A model generated the notes under the pieces. That model did not search any database and was not told where the DNA came from. It saw nothing but the letters and a program-made list of their open reading frames with translations. Of a stretch of DNA of 57,530 nucleotides, positions 27,670 to 38,085 are shown piece by piece. Both the position numbers and the translations under genes were made by a program. The first letter of the stretch is position 1, and each line of letters opens with the position of its first letter. Source of the stretch: Vulcanimicrobiota bacterium (lineage in GTDB: Bacteria; Vulcanimicrobiota; Xenobia; Xenobiales; JADMJV01); NCBI GenBank assembly GCA_050250895.1, contig JBFWNU010000003.1:618852-676381 (forward strand). Reading direction: 5' to 3'.

Positions 27670-28154
27670 TAGGATCCTCCAAGGTTTTCTGGCCCGACCG
27701 GGCCGATGCGTAATAGTAGTTCGTCTTCGTGAGGGTGTGGAAACTGATCGGCCGCCAGGAAAGTGCCCTCCTGGCAATCGACTCCCCAGCGCCGGGCTGC
27801 GCCCCGAAAGAGGGCGAGCGAGGCCTGGTTCGACGGAGTCACGCTGGCCTCGAGGTAGGCCGCTCCCGAGCGTTGCATCAAGGCTTGTAGCAATTGGGTG
27901 GCCAGCCCCTGGCCGCGGGCCTGAGGCGAGACTCCGATCTGCCACACAAAGACCGAGTCTGGTCGTTGGGGTGGGGGGAAGGCCATGACGAAGCCGGCTG
28001 GTCCCTGACCGTTCTGAGCTACCAGCGTCGTCTGGCCGAACAACTCGGCCATCATCAGGTAGCAGTACGGCGTGTTGACCTCGAGGTTGCCTCCGTCTTT
28101 AGCCATCTGCCACAGGGCGGCTCCATCGCTGCCCTGGCAAGGGACGATTCTCAT
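27669..28154 (-). CDS. ectA: Diaminobutyrate acetyltransferase
   Basis: LEVNTPYCY, FVWQIGV...RGQGLA, TPSNQAS, HEDE. ATG 28154 overlaps the ask stop (ATGA). Confidence 0.93.
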   Translation of the reverse strand: MRIVPCQGSDGAALWQMAKDGGNLEVNTPYCYLMMAELFGQTTLVAQNGQGPAGFVMAFPPPQRPDSVFVWQIGVSPQARGQGLATQLLQALMQRSGAAYLEASVTPSNQASLALFRGAARRWGVDCQEGTFLAADQFPHPHEDELLLRIGPVGPENLGGS

Positions 28155-29323
28155 GCCGTCACCAGGCTCTCGTGGAGCAGGCCCACGGCTTCTTCGACTC
28201 GATCGCGTTCGAGCAGACAGGTGACCGAGTGGGGCGAGAGGTAGCTGCCGGCGCAAGCCAGGCGAGCCGACTGCAGGCGCTGATAAATGGCCAGGCCCAG
28301 AGCCGGATCTTCACCTACTCTGCCGCCCACGGCCGAAACGGCGCCGTGACCGGCCGAAACGTTCAAGTGGCCTCGGTATTTGTCGGCCAGCTCTTCCACG
28401 AAGGCGTCGACATTGCCGATGTTCTCGGCCGAAACCACGAAGCCGAGGCCGTTGCTGCCGGGGTTGCTGTAGAGCAGGTCGCAGCCGGCCAGACTCTCGA
28501 GCATATCGTCGGGGGTTTCGTTGCCGCAGACCTCGAGGCGCACCAGATCGGTGCGGCCGGCGATGCCGACCACGCGGCGGTCGCGGCCGCGATAGACGCG
28601 GCGCACCACTGTGCCCGGCACGTCCTTGAAGGTCGAGCGTGCGACCAGGGTCAGGTTGTGGCGTCGAGCCAGCTCGACGGCCTCGGACTTTAGAACCTGA
28701 GCTCCGTGGCGGGCTAGTTCGAGCATCTCGTCATAGTCGATCTCGTCGAGCAGGGCGGCCGTGGGCACCTTGCGCGGGTCGGCCGAGAAGACGCCGTCGA
28801 CATCCGAATAGATCTCGCAGCACTGGGCTTTGAGGGCAGCTGCCAGGGCTACCGCCGAGGTGTCCGAGCCACCGCGGCCCAGGGTGGTGATCTCGCCCAT
28901 CGGGCTCAGGCCCTGGAAGCCGGCCACCACCGCGATGCGGTCCTGGGAAAGCTCGTAGAGCACCCGCTCGGGGGCTACCTCGAGCAGATCGGCATTGGCA
29001 TGGCAGGCGTCGGTTCGAAAGCCCGCCTGTCGGCCGGTCAGGCTGACGGCATCGACGCCGAGCTTTTGGATGGCCATGCTCAAAAGCGAAATAGAAATCT
29101 GTTCTCCGGCCGTGAGCAGCACATCGAGTTCACGGGAACTCGGTCTCTGAGTGATCTCTTCGGCGAGTTTGAGAAAGCGGTTCGTGGTGTCGCCCATCGC
29201 CGAAACCACGACCGCCACCTGAACCCCTTCTCGCTTGCGCTCGACCACTTTCTGGGCCACATAACTGACTAGTTCGGTGGTGGCCAAAGAGCTACCACCG
29301 AATTTCATAACAACGATACTCAA
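28151..29323 (-). CDS. ask: Aspartokinase (ectoine-associated)
   Basis: VMKFGGSS, VVVSAMGDTT, VAGFQG, TLGRGGSD, DVDGVFSADP; TTG start with GAGGA SD. Confidence 0.93.
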   Translation of the reverse strand: MSIVVMKFGGSSLATTELVSYVAQKVVERKREGVQVAVVVSAMGDTTNRFLKLAEEITQRPSSRELDVLLTAGEQISISLLSMAIQKLGVDAVSLTGRQAGFRTDACHANADLLEVAPERVLYELSQDRIAVVAGFQGLSPMGEITTLGRGGSDTSAVALAAALKAQCCEIYSDVDGVFSADPRKVPTAALLDEIDYDEMLELARHGAQVLKSEAVELARRHNLTLVARSTFKDVPGTVVRRVYRGRDRRVVGIAGRTDLVRLEVCGNETPDDMLESLAGCDLLYSNPGSNGLGFVVSAENIGNVDAFVEELADKYRGHLNVSAGHGAVSAVGGRVGEDPALGLAIYQRLQSARLACAGSYLSPHSVTCLLERDRVEEAVGLLHESLVTA

Positions 29324-29343
29324 GTTGAATCCTCGCAAATCCG

Positions 29344-29385
29344 TTTGGGCACAAATGTTTTGTGCACAAACGTTTTGTATGCAAA
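29344..29385. promoter_or_regulatory. Triple palindromic operator upstream of ask-ectABCD
   Basis: TTTGGGCACAAA / TTTGTGCACAAA / TTTGTATGCAAA at a 15-bp period. Confidence 0.7.
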
Positions 29386-29414
29386 CTAATAGCATGGGGG
29401 TGAAGGGAAGTCAA
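29386..29414 (-). promoter_or_regulatory. Putative sigma70 promoter of the ect operon
   Basis: Minus strand TTGACT-17 nt-TATTAG with a TG extension. Confidence 0.5.
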
Positions 29415-29572
29415 GGTGTGTTCCGGGTGGCGCGAAGGTGTTCGAAGATGACCGTAGGATGGTAACAAACCGGTTACATTGTGGGGGCCGGTCTCAAAGC
29501 GATTGTCGAACGGGCTCGACTAGGCTAGTGGAAAGCAGCGGGTCCATCAGGCCTGGCAGTCAAGGAGTAGGC

Positions 29573-30028
29573 ATGCAGATTCAGAAAAATCCCCCCACCT
29601 TTATTCGTTCCGCCATTCCGAACCATCGGGCTGCGGCCACTTGCGCCAGTGACAAATCCGGTGACCAGGTGCAAATCACGGCGGGATCCTGGGTTAACAG
29701 CGAGAGGGCCATGGCTGACATCGGCAGATCGACCTCGGGACCTTCTCCGACGTCGCTCGGGCTCGAACATCTTCCGTTGGCGGGCAGCGCCCTGGCCGCA
29801 GCGCCGGCGGTTGCGCTTGCCGGCCCCAACGGTCCGGCCCAGGCCCAGTCTCTCGCACCTACCCTGGGCGGTATTGGAGTTCTCCCATCAGCCAAGCCCG
29901 AGGCGAGCGAGCAATTGAACACCTCGGTTTATGGTGATTTTATCCTGGCCGGCAGCGCCATTGTGGCCCACGACCCGACCGCCGCGCCTCCTTCGGGGTT
30001 CATAGCCAACACGACCTTGATTCGATAG
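29573..30028 (+). CDS. Low-complexity hypothetical protein with MQI..DQVQI leader
   Basis: SD AAGGAG before ATG 29573; Ala/Pro/Ser-rich. Confidence 0.55.
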   Translation: MQIQKNPPTFIRSAIPNHRAAATCASDKSGDQVQITAGSWVNSERAMADIGRSTSGPSPTSLGLEHLPLAGSALAAAPAVALAGPNGPAQAQSLAPTLGGIGVLPSAKPEASEQLNTSVYGDFILAGSAIVAHDPTAAPPSGFIANTTLIR

Positions 30029-30594
30029 TCAGGCTTGGCCTTGACTAGCCAGTCGCTCGAATTTTTCGAACTGGCGTAGCATGCTGGGCTCCTGGGTGAC
30101 GGCCCGTGCCTGCTCGGGGGTGAACCAGGCCAGGCCGAGCGATTCGGCGTTGGCCGAGATGTCCTCCGGGTTGGCTGCCACCAGGAGGAAGCGGATGTCG
30201 TAGTGGTAGTGCTCGGGCACATCGCCCCGGGCCGGAATGGGGTGGACGTCGAGGTCGAAAGGGACGGGGTCGAACAGTTCAAAGGCCGACAAGCCCGACT
30301 CTTCCTGGGCTTCTTTGAGGGCTACCTGGGCCAGGTCGGTCTCGCCGTCGGCGTGACCACCTAGTTGCAGCCACTTGCCTAGCTTGCGATGCTGCATGAG
30401 CAGCACCCGCGACCAGCCGGGGTCGACGATTTGGGCTGACCCGGTCAGATGGCCGGGCAGATGGCTGCGCAAAAAGCAGTCTGGGGTCGAGTGAACGAAG
30501 TCGACGATCTGCTGGCGCCGAAAGTCTTCACCGGGGAAGTCCCAGTTCCACTTCTGATACTCCCGCAGCAGCTCGAGGACGGGCTGCCGATGCA

Positions 30595-30595
<1 letters not shown>
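30029..30595 (-). CDS. NUDIX hydrolase
   Basis: GHLTGSA, HRKLGKWLQLGGHADGE..ALKEAQEESG Nudix box, HYHYDIRFL. Confidence 0.92.
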
Positions 30596-31758
<1,163 letters not shown>

Positions 31759-31784
31759 GTTGGGACCTCCGATTTTGGTCTCGG

Positions 31785-32207
31785 TTACTTCTGGGTGGGG
31801 GCCGGTGAACCTTTCAGAAAGGCGTCCCTTCCAACCATACTCGGGCGATCCGCGAGCAGTTCATTGGCAACTTCCCTCACCTCGGCTTCGGTGCCCAGGC
31901 AGCCGACCATCAGGCGGACCTTTTCGCGGTCTTGCAACAGGCTCGTCATCGCTTGCCGGCCGCGGTCGGGGTCGAGTGACCACAGGCCCAGGGCGGCGTA
32001 GAGACGTCCAGCTCCACTGCCCTCTTCTAGCAGTTGCTCGAATTGGTCGCGCGCGGCAGGGCCCTGATCGAGGAGGCGCTCGAAGGCCAGATAGTTTGCG
32101 CTCTTGCCACCGGCATAGCCGGTGGCCCGGGCATCGAGGCTGGTGAAGGTTGGCTGCGAAAGCGCCGGCAGGCTCAGCAGGGCGAGGATTAGCAGAATCT
32201 TGTTCAT
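31785..32207 (-). CDS. Secreted hypothetical protein (HEAT-like helices)
   Basis: Signal peptide MNKILLILALLSLPALS; RLYAALGL motif. Confidence 0.7.
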   Translation of the reverse strand: MNKILLILALLSLPALSQPTFTSLDARATGYAGGKSANYLAFERLLDQGPAARDQFEQLLEEGSGAGRLYAALGLWSLDPDRGRQAMTSLLQDREKVRLMVGCLGTEAEVREVANELLADRPSMVGRDAFLKGSPAPTQK

Positions 32208-32280
32208 AGTTTGCCCGTCGTGAGCGGCTTGTGGACTATTCCCGAAGGGCCCGAACCCCGAGGCTGAGAAAGGGCCGGGC

Positions 32281-33120
32281 ATGACAACCAGCATTCATAT
32301 CGGTCACGCCGATCAACGCGCCGTGGAACGAGCCGCTGAGAGCTTCGTTCGCGAAGAGGCCTTCGTGGCTCCTCCTGAGGAAGGCTGGGCGGGCCTCTAC
32401 GACGCCAGCGCCGATGCGCCCGATCTGGGCGAACTCCACCGGTTGGCCGGTTCCATCTCGGGAGGCCTGGGCGCTCGGGCCTGGGGCTTTCTGGTGGCCG
32501 ACACCAAAGTGCTGGTCTATTTGCTTTACGACCAGGGTGAACTCAAGGACGAGTATTGTTCGCAACCCGATTATTTCGGGACGGTGAGCGAGGCGCGTCA
32601 GGCCCGGCTGCGCGGAAATCCTCAGGTGCTGATGAACTATCTGCGGCCGGGGGTGCGGCCTGACGAGTTGGCTCGAGTGTTGGGTGGTGGCCTTACTCAG
32701 CAGATGAAAGATCAGCTCAAGGCCACCGTCGGGGCGGCCGACCCGGAGATGGTCAAGAAGACCCTCGAGTTTGCCCTGGCCAACATGAGCAAGCTCCCGC
32801 CCGGCGCCCTGGAGGGGATGTTGCGTCAGAGCGGCATGCCGGTCGACAACCCGATGCTGGCGCCCTTTCTCAAAGACCCCGAGGCGGCTATCCGTCAGCT
32901 GGTGGACAATCCGATGGCTTTAAACCTCATGACGGCCCAGTTCAAGGCCATGGCCACCGGCCCGCTCGATTCCATTCCTGAGCCCGAGTCGATGCCGGCC
33001 CAGACCCGACTTCTAGAGCTGGCCTCGCTCATCGGCCTCAACGCCCGCAGGGTTTTGCTGAGCTACGGGTCGCTCAAGGACGGCAAGGGCGAGGCGGCCG
33101 GCTTTACGAAGGTAGGCTGA
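32281..33120 (+). CDS. Hypothetical protein
   Basis: Coding-like 279-aa ORF; Met/Pro-rich STI1-like segment (MLAPFLKDPEAAIRQLVDNP). Confidence 0.7.
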   Translation: MTTSIHIGHADQRAVERAAESFVREEAFVAPPEEGWAGLYDASADAPDLGELHRLAGSISGGLGARAWGFLVADTKVLVYLLYDQGELKDEYCSQPDYFGTVSEARQARLRGNPQVLMNYLRPGVRPDELARVLGGGLTQQMKDQLKATVGAADPEMVKKTLEFALANMSKLPPGALEGMLRQSGMPVDNPMLAPFLKDPEAAIRQLVDNPMALNLMTAQFKAMATGPLDSIPEPESMPAQTRLLELASLIGLNARRVLLSYGSLKDGKGEAAGFTKVG

Positions 33121-34141
33121 GGCGCCGGCGGACCTCGGTCACCAGGCTCGAAGGCCGGTCGCGAAACTGATCCCAGTCCAGACACCCCGAGACGATCTCG
33201 GTGAGAATGTCGCCCAGAGCCTGGTTCACCGGCGCTCTGAGCCCCAGTTCGCGGGCGTGCTCGACGATGGCTCCGTTGAGCCAACGCACCTCGCTGTCGC
33301 CTCGCCCCGAACGCAGGTCGAGCAGAAATGAGGGAGGCTTGCCGGCCCTTCCGCTCACGATCTTGGGCACCAGGATGGGCTTGAGCAGCCACCAGGGCAG
33401 ACGGTGGGCAGCCCGCGCAAAACGGCTGACGGGATAGTCGGGCAGATTGCGCAGCTTCACCCCCAGTCGCTGGACCACGGCCAGCGCCTCGCTGACCGCT
33501 TTGTGCTCGAGGCGGAAGACCTCCGCAACCACGATCACCTGATCGGGGGTGCGATCGAGGATAGCGCAACTGGCATTGCAAACCATGTTCAGGATCAACT
33601 TCGACCACTTTAGCGAACGATAGTCACGACACTTGAGCACGGGGATGTGGGCCGCCTCGAAAGGGGCGCAAGCCTGCTCGGGGAGGTCGGCGCCCGTGAA
33701 CATACTCAAGCCCACTCCGCCTCGCTGCGAGGGGTTGAGGCGGCCGTCGTCCTCCCAGGCCACCGGCCGGGTCGTGGTGCCAACGATGACTTTGTCAGGT
33801 CCCATGGCCTCGACCACCAGTTGCTCGGTGTCGAGCCCGTTCTGCATGGTCACGGCGTAGTCGAAGGACACCCCCGATTCGACCAATTGGCGGACAGCTT
33901 CAGCTACCTGAAAGGTCTTGACCGTGAGGATGATCAGGTCGAAATGGAGCCCGGCCAATTCGGTCGGGTCAGAAAAGCAACCGGGACGAGCCACTCGCCC
34001 GTCACTAAGGACGATGCCATCCGCTTCGAGCGCCTCTCGCTGGCGGGGGCGCACGAACAGCGAGACCTCCTGGCCGCCAAAAAATAGGTCGGCGCCGAGC
34101 CATTGGCCGATGGCTCCGGCGCCGAAAATCAGGGCTTTGAC
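33104..34141 (-). CDS. panE: 2-dehydropantoate 2-reductase family protein, apparent GTC start
   Basis: The frame continues upstream of the called start (34054) into KALIFGAGAIG (Rossmann). Also LTVK, MQNG, WSKLILN, SFLLDL..SEV..LNG. Confidence 0.85.
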   Translation of the reverse strand, partial: VKALIFGAGAIGQWLGADLFFGGQEVSLFVRPRQREALEADGIVLSDGRVARPGCFSDPTELAGLHFDLIILTVKTFQVAEAVRQLVESGVSFDYAVTMQNGLDTEQLVVEAMGPDKVIVGTTTRPVAWEDDGRLNPSQRGGVGLSMFTGADLPEQACAPFEAAHIPVLKCRDYRSLKWSKLILNMVCNASCAILDRTPDQVIVVAEVFRLEHKAVSEALAVVQRLGVKLRNLPDYPVSRFARAAHRLPWWLLKPILVPKIVSGRAGKPPSFLLDLRSGRGDSEVRWLNGAIVEHARELGLRAPVNQALGDILTEIVSGCLDWDQFRDRPSSLVTEVRRRLSLPS

Positions 34142-34698
34142 TACACCCGGCGTAGGTATTCTCCCGTGCGGGTATCGATCTGAAGCATCTGGCCGGTCTC
34201 GACGAACAGAGGCACGTTGACCACCGCGCCGGTCTCGAGCGTCGCCGGCTTGGTGCCACCCTGGGCGGTGTCACCCTTGAAGCCGGGGTCGGTCTGGGTC
34301 ACCTCGAGTTCGACGAAGTTGGGCATTTCAACCCCGATGACTTCGTCGCCGTGGAAGACGATCTGCACTTCCATGCTGTCTTTGAGCCACTTGAGCCCGT
34401 CGCCGATCTGCTCTCCCGTGACGTTGACCTGATGGTAGGTCTCGTTGTCCATGAAGACATAGTCGCCGTCGCCCGGATACAAATATTGAAAGGTCTTGCG
34501 CTCGACGATGGCGCGCTGGACCTTCTCACCCCCGCGGAACGTCTTTTCCACCGTGAAGTCCTTACGGATATTCTTCAACTTGGTCCGCACGAAGGCCGCA
34601 CCCTTGCCGGGCTTGACGTGCTGGAACTCGACCACCTGCCAAAGTTCACCGTCGATCTCGATGCTCATACCGGTGCGAAAGTCGTTGACTGAAATCAT
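34141..34698 (-). CDS. efp: Translation elongation factor P
   Basis: MISVNDFRTG, HVKPGKGAAFVR, PGFKGDT, KPATLETG, VPLFV; SD GGAGG. Confidence 0.98.
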   Translation of the reverse strand: MISVNDFRTGMSIEIDGELWQVVEFQHVKPGKGAAFVRTKLKNIRKDFTVEKTFRGGEKVQRAIVERKTFQYLYPGDGDYVFMDNETYHQVNVTGEQIGDGLKWLKDSMEVQIVFHGDEVIGVEMPNFVELEVTQTDPGFKGDTAQGGTKPATLETGAVVNVPLFVETGQMLQIDTRTGEYLRRV

Positions 34699-34778
34699 GG
34701 TCGAAAGGGGCCTCCAGGTTTTGGTTGGGGGGATGGTTCGCTCGAGGGGATCGGATCCCTTTCCACCAGGGGAGTTCG

Positions 34779-34807
34779 TTGCCTCTGGCCGCTGATTTCT
34801 ATATAAT
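34779..34807 (+). promoter_or_regulatory. Near-consensus sigma70 promoter
   Basis: TTGCCT-17 nt-TATAAT. Confidence 0.7.
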
Positions 34808-34814
34808 GCTCGGC

Positions 34815-35579
34815 ATGTTGGGGTATCGGTCCTTCCTTTGCATTGCACTGCTGATGTTCGGGCTGGCCTGCTCGTCGCCTGAACCCGAGGTCACGCCGAC
34901 ACCAGAGACACCCCTCTGGCAGTCGACTCTAGAGCGTGGCGAAGAGTTCCTGGCCGACGAGAACTTCCTGGCCGCTCAGATCCAGGCCGAGCAAGCTCTG
35001 AAGCTGCTGGCCGAAGTCTCGGGCCACGGACCCGAGAAGATTCAGGCCCGCAAGCTACTGGCCCAGGCGTCCTACAAAGCCAAGAACCTGGACGTCGCGG
35101 TCGAGCAGTTCAGGATTCTTCACAAGGTCGAGCCCAAGGCCGGGCACGACAAGACGGCCGCCCTGATCGCGGGCGAGTTGTCTCGGCGCAACAAGAATGC
35201 CCATAGTCGCGATGTGAATGAGGCTTTGGGCCGGGCCCGCAAGGCCTACAACGAACGGGACTACTACAACGCAGCCGAGGCTGCCCGCGAGGTGCTCAAG
35301 CTAGGCGAAAACGGCGAAGCCCGGGCTATCCTGGCCGAGTCCGAGGCAGCCAAGAAGGGAGTGGCCAACAAGCGCCACCAGGCCTTCGAGAAACGCGCCT
35401 ACGGCGCCCGACCACCGCGCAGGCTTTCGGACTGGGAGGCCTCCCAGTTGCCCGACGACCGCAAGGTCCAGGTCCAAGACGGCAACAAAAGCTACTGGAC
35501 CACCTCGGCCGAGTGGCGCCGCTATCAGCGTGAAGGTGGCCACGTCGCCAATCCCTATGGCCTGCCCAACTACCGCTAG
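34815..35579 (+). CDS. TPR-like lipoprotein
   Basis: Lipobox FGLAC; Pro/Thr linker; helical repeats. Confidence 0.75.
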   Translation: MLGYRSFLCIALLMFGLACSSPEPEVTPTPETPLWQSTLERGEEFLADENFLAAQIQAEQALKLLAEVSGHGPEKIQARKLLAQASYKAKNLDVAVEQFRILHKVEPKAGHDKTAALIAGELSRRNKNAHSRDVNEALGRARKAYNERDYYNAAEAAREVLKLGENGEARAILAESEAAKKGVANKRHQAFEKRAYGARPPRRLSDWEASQLPDDRKVQVQDGNKSYWTTSAEWRRYQREGGHVANPYGLPNYR

Positions 35580-36135
35580 GGCCGGCCCACGAGGTCTCGC
35601 TCTCTCGGCCCGACGGCCATTTCGGCAGCACCCACTGCCGAATCGTAAGCGGTGCCTGAAGCGCGTCTGTCGTGGCGGCGCGTGGTCGAAGCCCAGGTCG
35701 GTGTGGCTCGCCAGAGGGGCGCCTGGGAGATAAACCGCGGAGATCAGGAGGGCACGGAGAGGGTTGTGGGGGGCGTGGGGTGAGCGTCCTGGCGAATTTT
35801 TGGGTTAGGGTTTTTGCCTTTGCCACATCGGGCCCGGGGCGAGTCGCGGCGTCAGACCAAGCCCGGCGGCCTGGCGGCCATGCGGCGCACCACACTGCCG
35901 AATCGGGCAGCCCACTGCCGCACGGAAGTCTAGCTCTCTCGGGCCGCGCGCGGCGGCTGGCCGACTCGGCCGACAAACCGGCCTTGGCCTGGGCCCAGTC
36001 CGATTCGGCCGACGAACCCGGGGCCTGGCCTGGCCCGGCGGCCATTCCGCAGCACCAAACTGCCGAACCGGGCAGCCCACTTACGCACGGAAGTCTAGCA
36101 CTCTCGGCGGGCCAGACTTCGGCGCGCTGGCCAGT
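35580..36135. repeat. Degenerate repeat array C of the same palindrome family
   Basis: CTGCCGCACGGAAGTC at 35915 and CTTACGCACGGAAGTC at 36080 (165 bp apart) within similar flanks; partial unit near 35620. Confidence 0.7.
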
Positions 36136-36204
36136 CAAGGCCAACCCTCCGCGCCCACCCCGTCCCCGTGTCGCAACGCCCACTCCTCCGCCCCGCCCAA
36201 AACA

Positions 36205-36231
36205 AAAGAGCGACGCGCCGCGTCGCTCTTT
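36205..36231 (-). terminator. Intrinsic terminator
   Basis: AAAGAGCGACGCG/CGCGTCGCTCTTT stem with a T-rich tail on the minus strand. Confidence 0.8.
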
Positions 36232-36252
36232 CTACCGTCTGACGTCTACCGT

Positions 36253-37335
36253 CTATTTCTGAGCGGTCGTGAAGTTGACTTTCAGGTCGATGTCGAAAGC
36301 GCCACGGGGCATCGCCGGGCCGGCGCGGTGTTTGTAGGGCTCGGTGATCGTCCAGGTACCGTTGGCCGGCACCTTGGGGCCGTAGACGTTCTTGGTGACC
36401 CAGACGCGCTTGTCGGGTCCGACCACTTTGAGTACGCCACGCACGTTCTCGGCGGGAGCGTTGCCGCGGTTGACTACGGTCACGGTGAAGACCACGTCGC
36501 CGGTGTAGTAGTTCGGATTGGCATCTTTGTTCTCGACGAGGAGCTCGGCTTTGGGGGGAGGCGGAGGGGTCTCGTCTTTCTTGTCGGCCTCAGGAGCGGG
36601 AGCAGGGGTTTCCTCTACTTCCTCTTCTTCGTCGGCCTCTTCTTTCTTGGTCTTTTTGCTCTTGACCGTCTTCTTTTCCTTGTCGTCATCAGCGGCGGCT
36701 ACGGACTTGTCTTCAGCTTCGTCCTCGTCGTCAACGCTGGCGGCTTCTTCGTCTTCGGAGTCGGCGCTGGCGGCCTCTTCCTCATCCTCGTCGGCGGAAG
36801 CGGCCTCTTCTTTGGCCTTCTTTTCCTCCATGGCGGCGCGATGTTTTTCGACACGCTTGGCCCACGCTTCTTGCTGAGCGTCGTGCTTGGCCTGCTTGGC
36901 ATCTTTGAGCTCTTGAGCGGCCTGTTCGTCAGACTTGCTGATGAGGCGGCCGGAGACCACGTCGACGATGCCGGTCGTGCTGTTGTCGATCACGCCGAGG
37001 CCGAGGAACTTGGCCACCGGCTTGAGAGGAACGTAGACTCGCTGACCTCTCTGAATGCCGTCAACACTGAGAGAGTCGCTCCCTTGCTTGAGGGTGACCT
37101 GAGCTTCGGCGATGGCCGGAGAAGAACCGTGCTTCAAGATGGTCACGGTCGAACCGTCGACCTCCCAGGCGGTCCCGGTGGCCTTCAGGAAGGAACTCAG
37201 CGGGACATAGGTTTCGCTGCCAGCGAAGTAGGCGTCGCGGAAAGGTTGATTCCGGACGTAAAGCTCTTTGGCTGAAGCGGCCGTGGAGAAGAACACCACG
37301 GCGGCCAGCAGGCCGAGAACAAGTTTCGATTTCAT
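36253..37335 (-). CDS. Secreted protein: amine-oxidase-N-like domain, acidic linker, CARDB-like Ig C-terminus
   Basis: Signal MKSKLVLGLLAAVVFFSTAASA; YVPL motifs x2; Glu/Asp/Lys-rich linker; TVTVVNRGNAPA. Confidence 0.75.
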   Translation of the reverse strand: MKSKLVLGLLAAVVFFSTAASAKELYVRNQPFRDAYFAGSETYVPLSSFLKATGTAWEVDGSTVTILKHGSSPAIAEAQVTLKQGSDSLSVDGIQRGQRVYVPLKPVAKFLGLGVIDNSTTGIVDVVSGRLISKSDEQAAQELKDAKQAKHDAQQEAWAKRVEKHRAAMEEKKAKEEAASADEDEEEAASADSEDEEAASVDDEDEAEDKSVAAADDDKEKKTVKSKKTKKEEADEEEEVEETPAPAPEADKKDETPPPPPKAELLVENKDANPNYYTGDVVFTVTVVNRGNAPAENVRGVLKVVGPDKRVWVTKNVYGPKVPANGTWTITEPYKHRAGPAMPRGAFDIDLKVNFTTAQK

Positions 37336-37458
37336 TGACTGCCTCCCAGTGAAAGTATTCAAGGCAGGGGGATGGTTCTCGAAGCGCAGAAGACTTCCTC
37401 TCCGGAGGTCCAGGCGGCCCCACGAAGGTGCAGCCTTCTAGACTGAGAACTGTCCTGC

Positions 37459-38037
37459 ATGACTTCCGAATTCCTGACCGATTTTCAGCGACGTAAGTTG
37501 CTGCATAAGTTTAATCTCCTCGACATCGACCAGAACGGCGTGATCGAGTACAAAGACTTTCACCACGTCATCGAGCACCTGGCCGAAGCTCGGGGCTACG
37601 GCGAGGACGACCCGCGCTACCAGCGTCTGCTGGGCAGCAATCAAGGCTTGTGGATCGCTCTCCAGAATTTCTGTGATGTCGACGAGGATGGCGAGATCAC
37701 TACCGACGAGTGGCTCAACTATCACGCCGCGGCGCTTTATCGGGCCCACGAGTTCGACCATCTGGTGCCCGGGTTCGAAACGACGCTGGGAGCCTTTACC
37801 GCCTTCTTACGAGAACTGCTTGATGGTGATGGCGATGGAGTAGTGACCCGAGACGACTATCTCGAATTGAGCCGAGCGCACAACCTTGACGATGCCGAGG
37901 CCGAGACCACCTTTCGGGCCATCGACCGCAACGGCGACGGTCGTCTGACCCTGGATGAGGTCTCGGCGCTGGTGCGGGATTACTATCTCAGCGACGACCC
38001 CGAGGCGCCTGGCAACTCGTTCTTCGGCAAGTTCTAG
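37459..38037 (+). CDS. Four-EF-hand calcium-binding protein (calerythrin-like)
   Basis: DIDQNGVIEYKD, DVDEDGEITTDE, DGDGDGVVTRDD, DRNGDGRLTLDE; C-terminal DPEAPGN.FFG. Confidence 0.92.
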   Translation: MTSEFLTDFQRRKLLHKFNLLDIDQNGVIEYKDFHHVIEHLAEARGYGEDDPRYQRLLGSNQGLWIALQNFCDVDEDGEITTDEWLNYHAAALYRAHEFDHLVPGFETTLGAFTAFLRELLDGDGDGVVTRDDYLELSRAHNLDDAEAETTFRAIDRNGDGRLTLDEVSALVRDYYLSDDPEAPGNSFFGKF

Positions 38038-38085
38038 GCCCGCCTCCATGGTTGCCCCGCGGGGATTTTGGGCAACAGGTTGTCG

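Noticed and set aside
26407-29395. Extended starts for ectB (27945), ectA (28256) and ask (29395)
   Set aside because: The extensions overlap upstream genes or the operator. Coupled starts at 27669, 28154 and 29323 fit family N-termini.
35326-36262. ORFs 35326..36183 and 35672..36262
   Set aside because: They span degenerate array C and a terminator and have non-protein-like composition.
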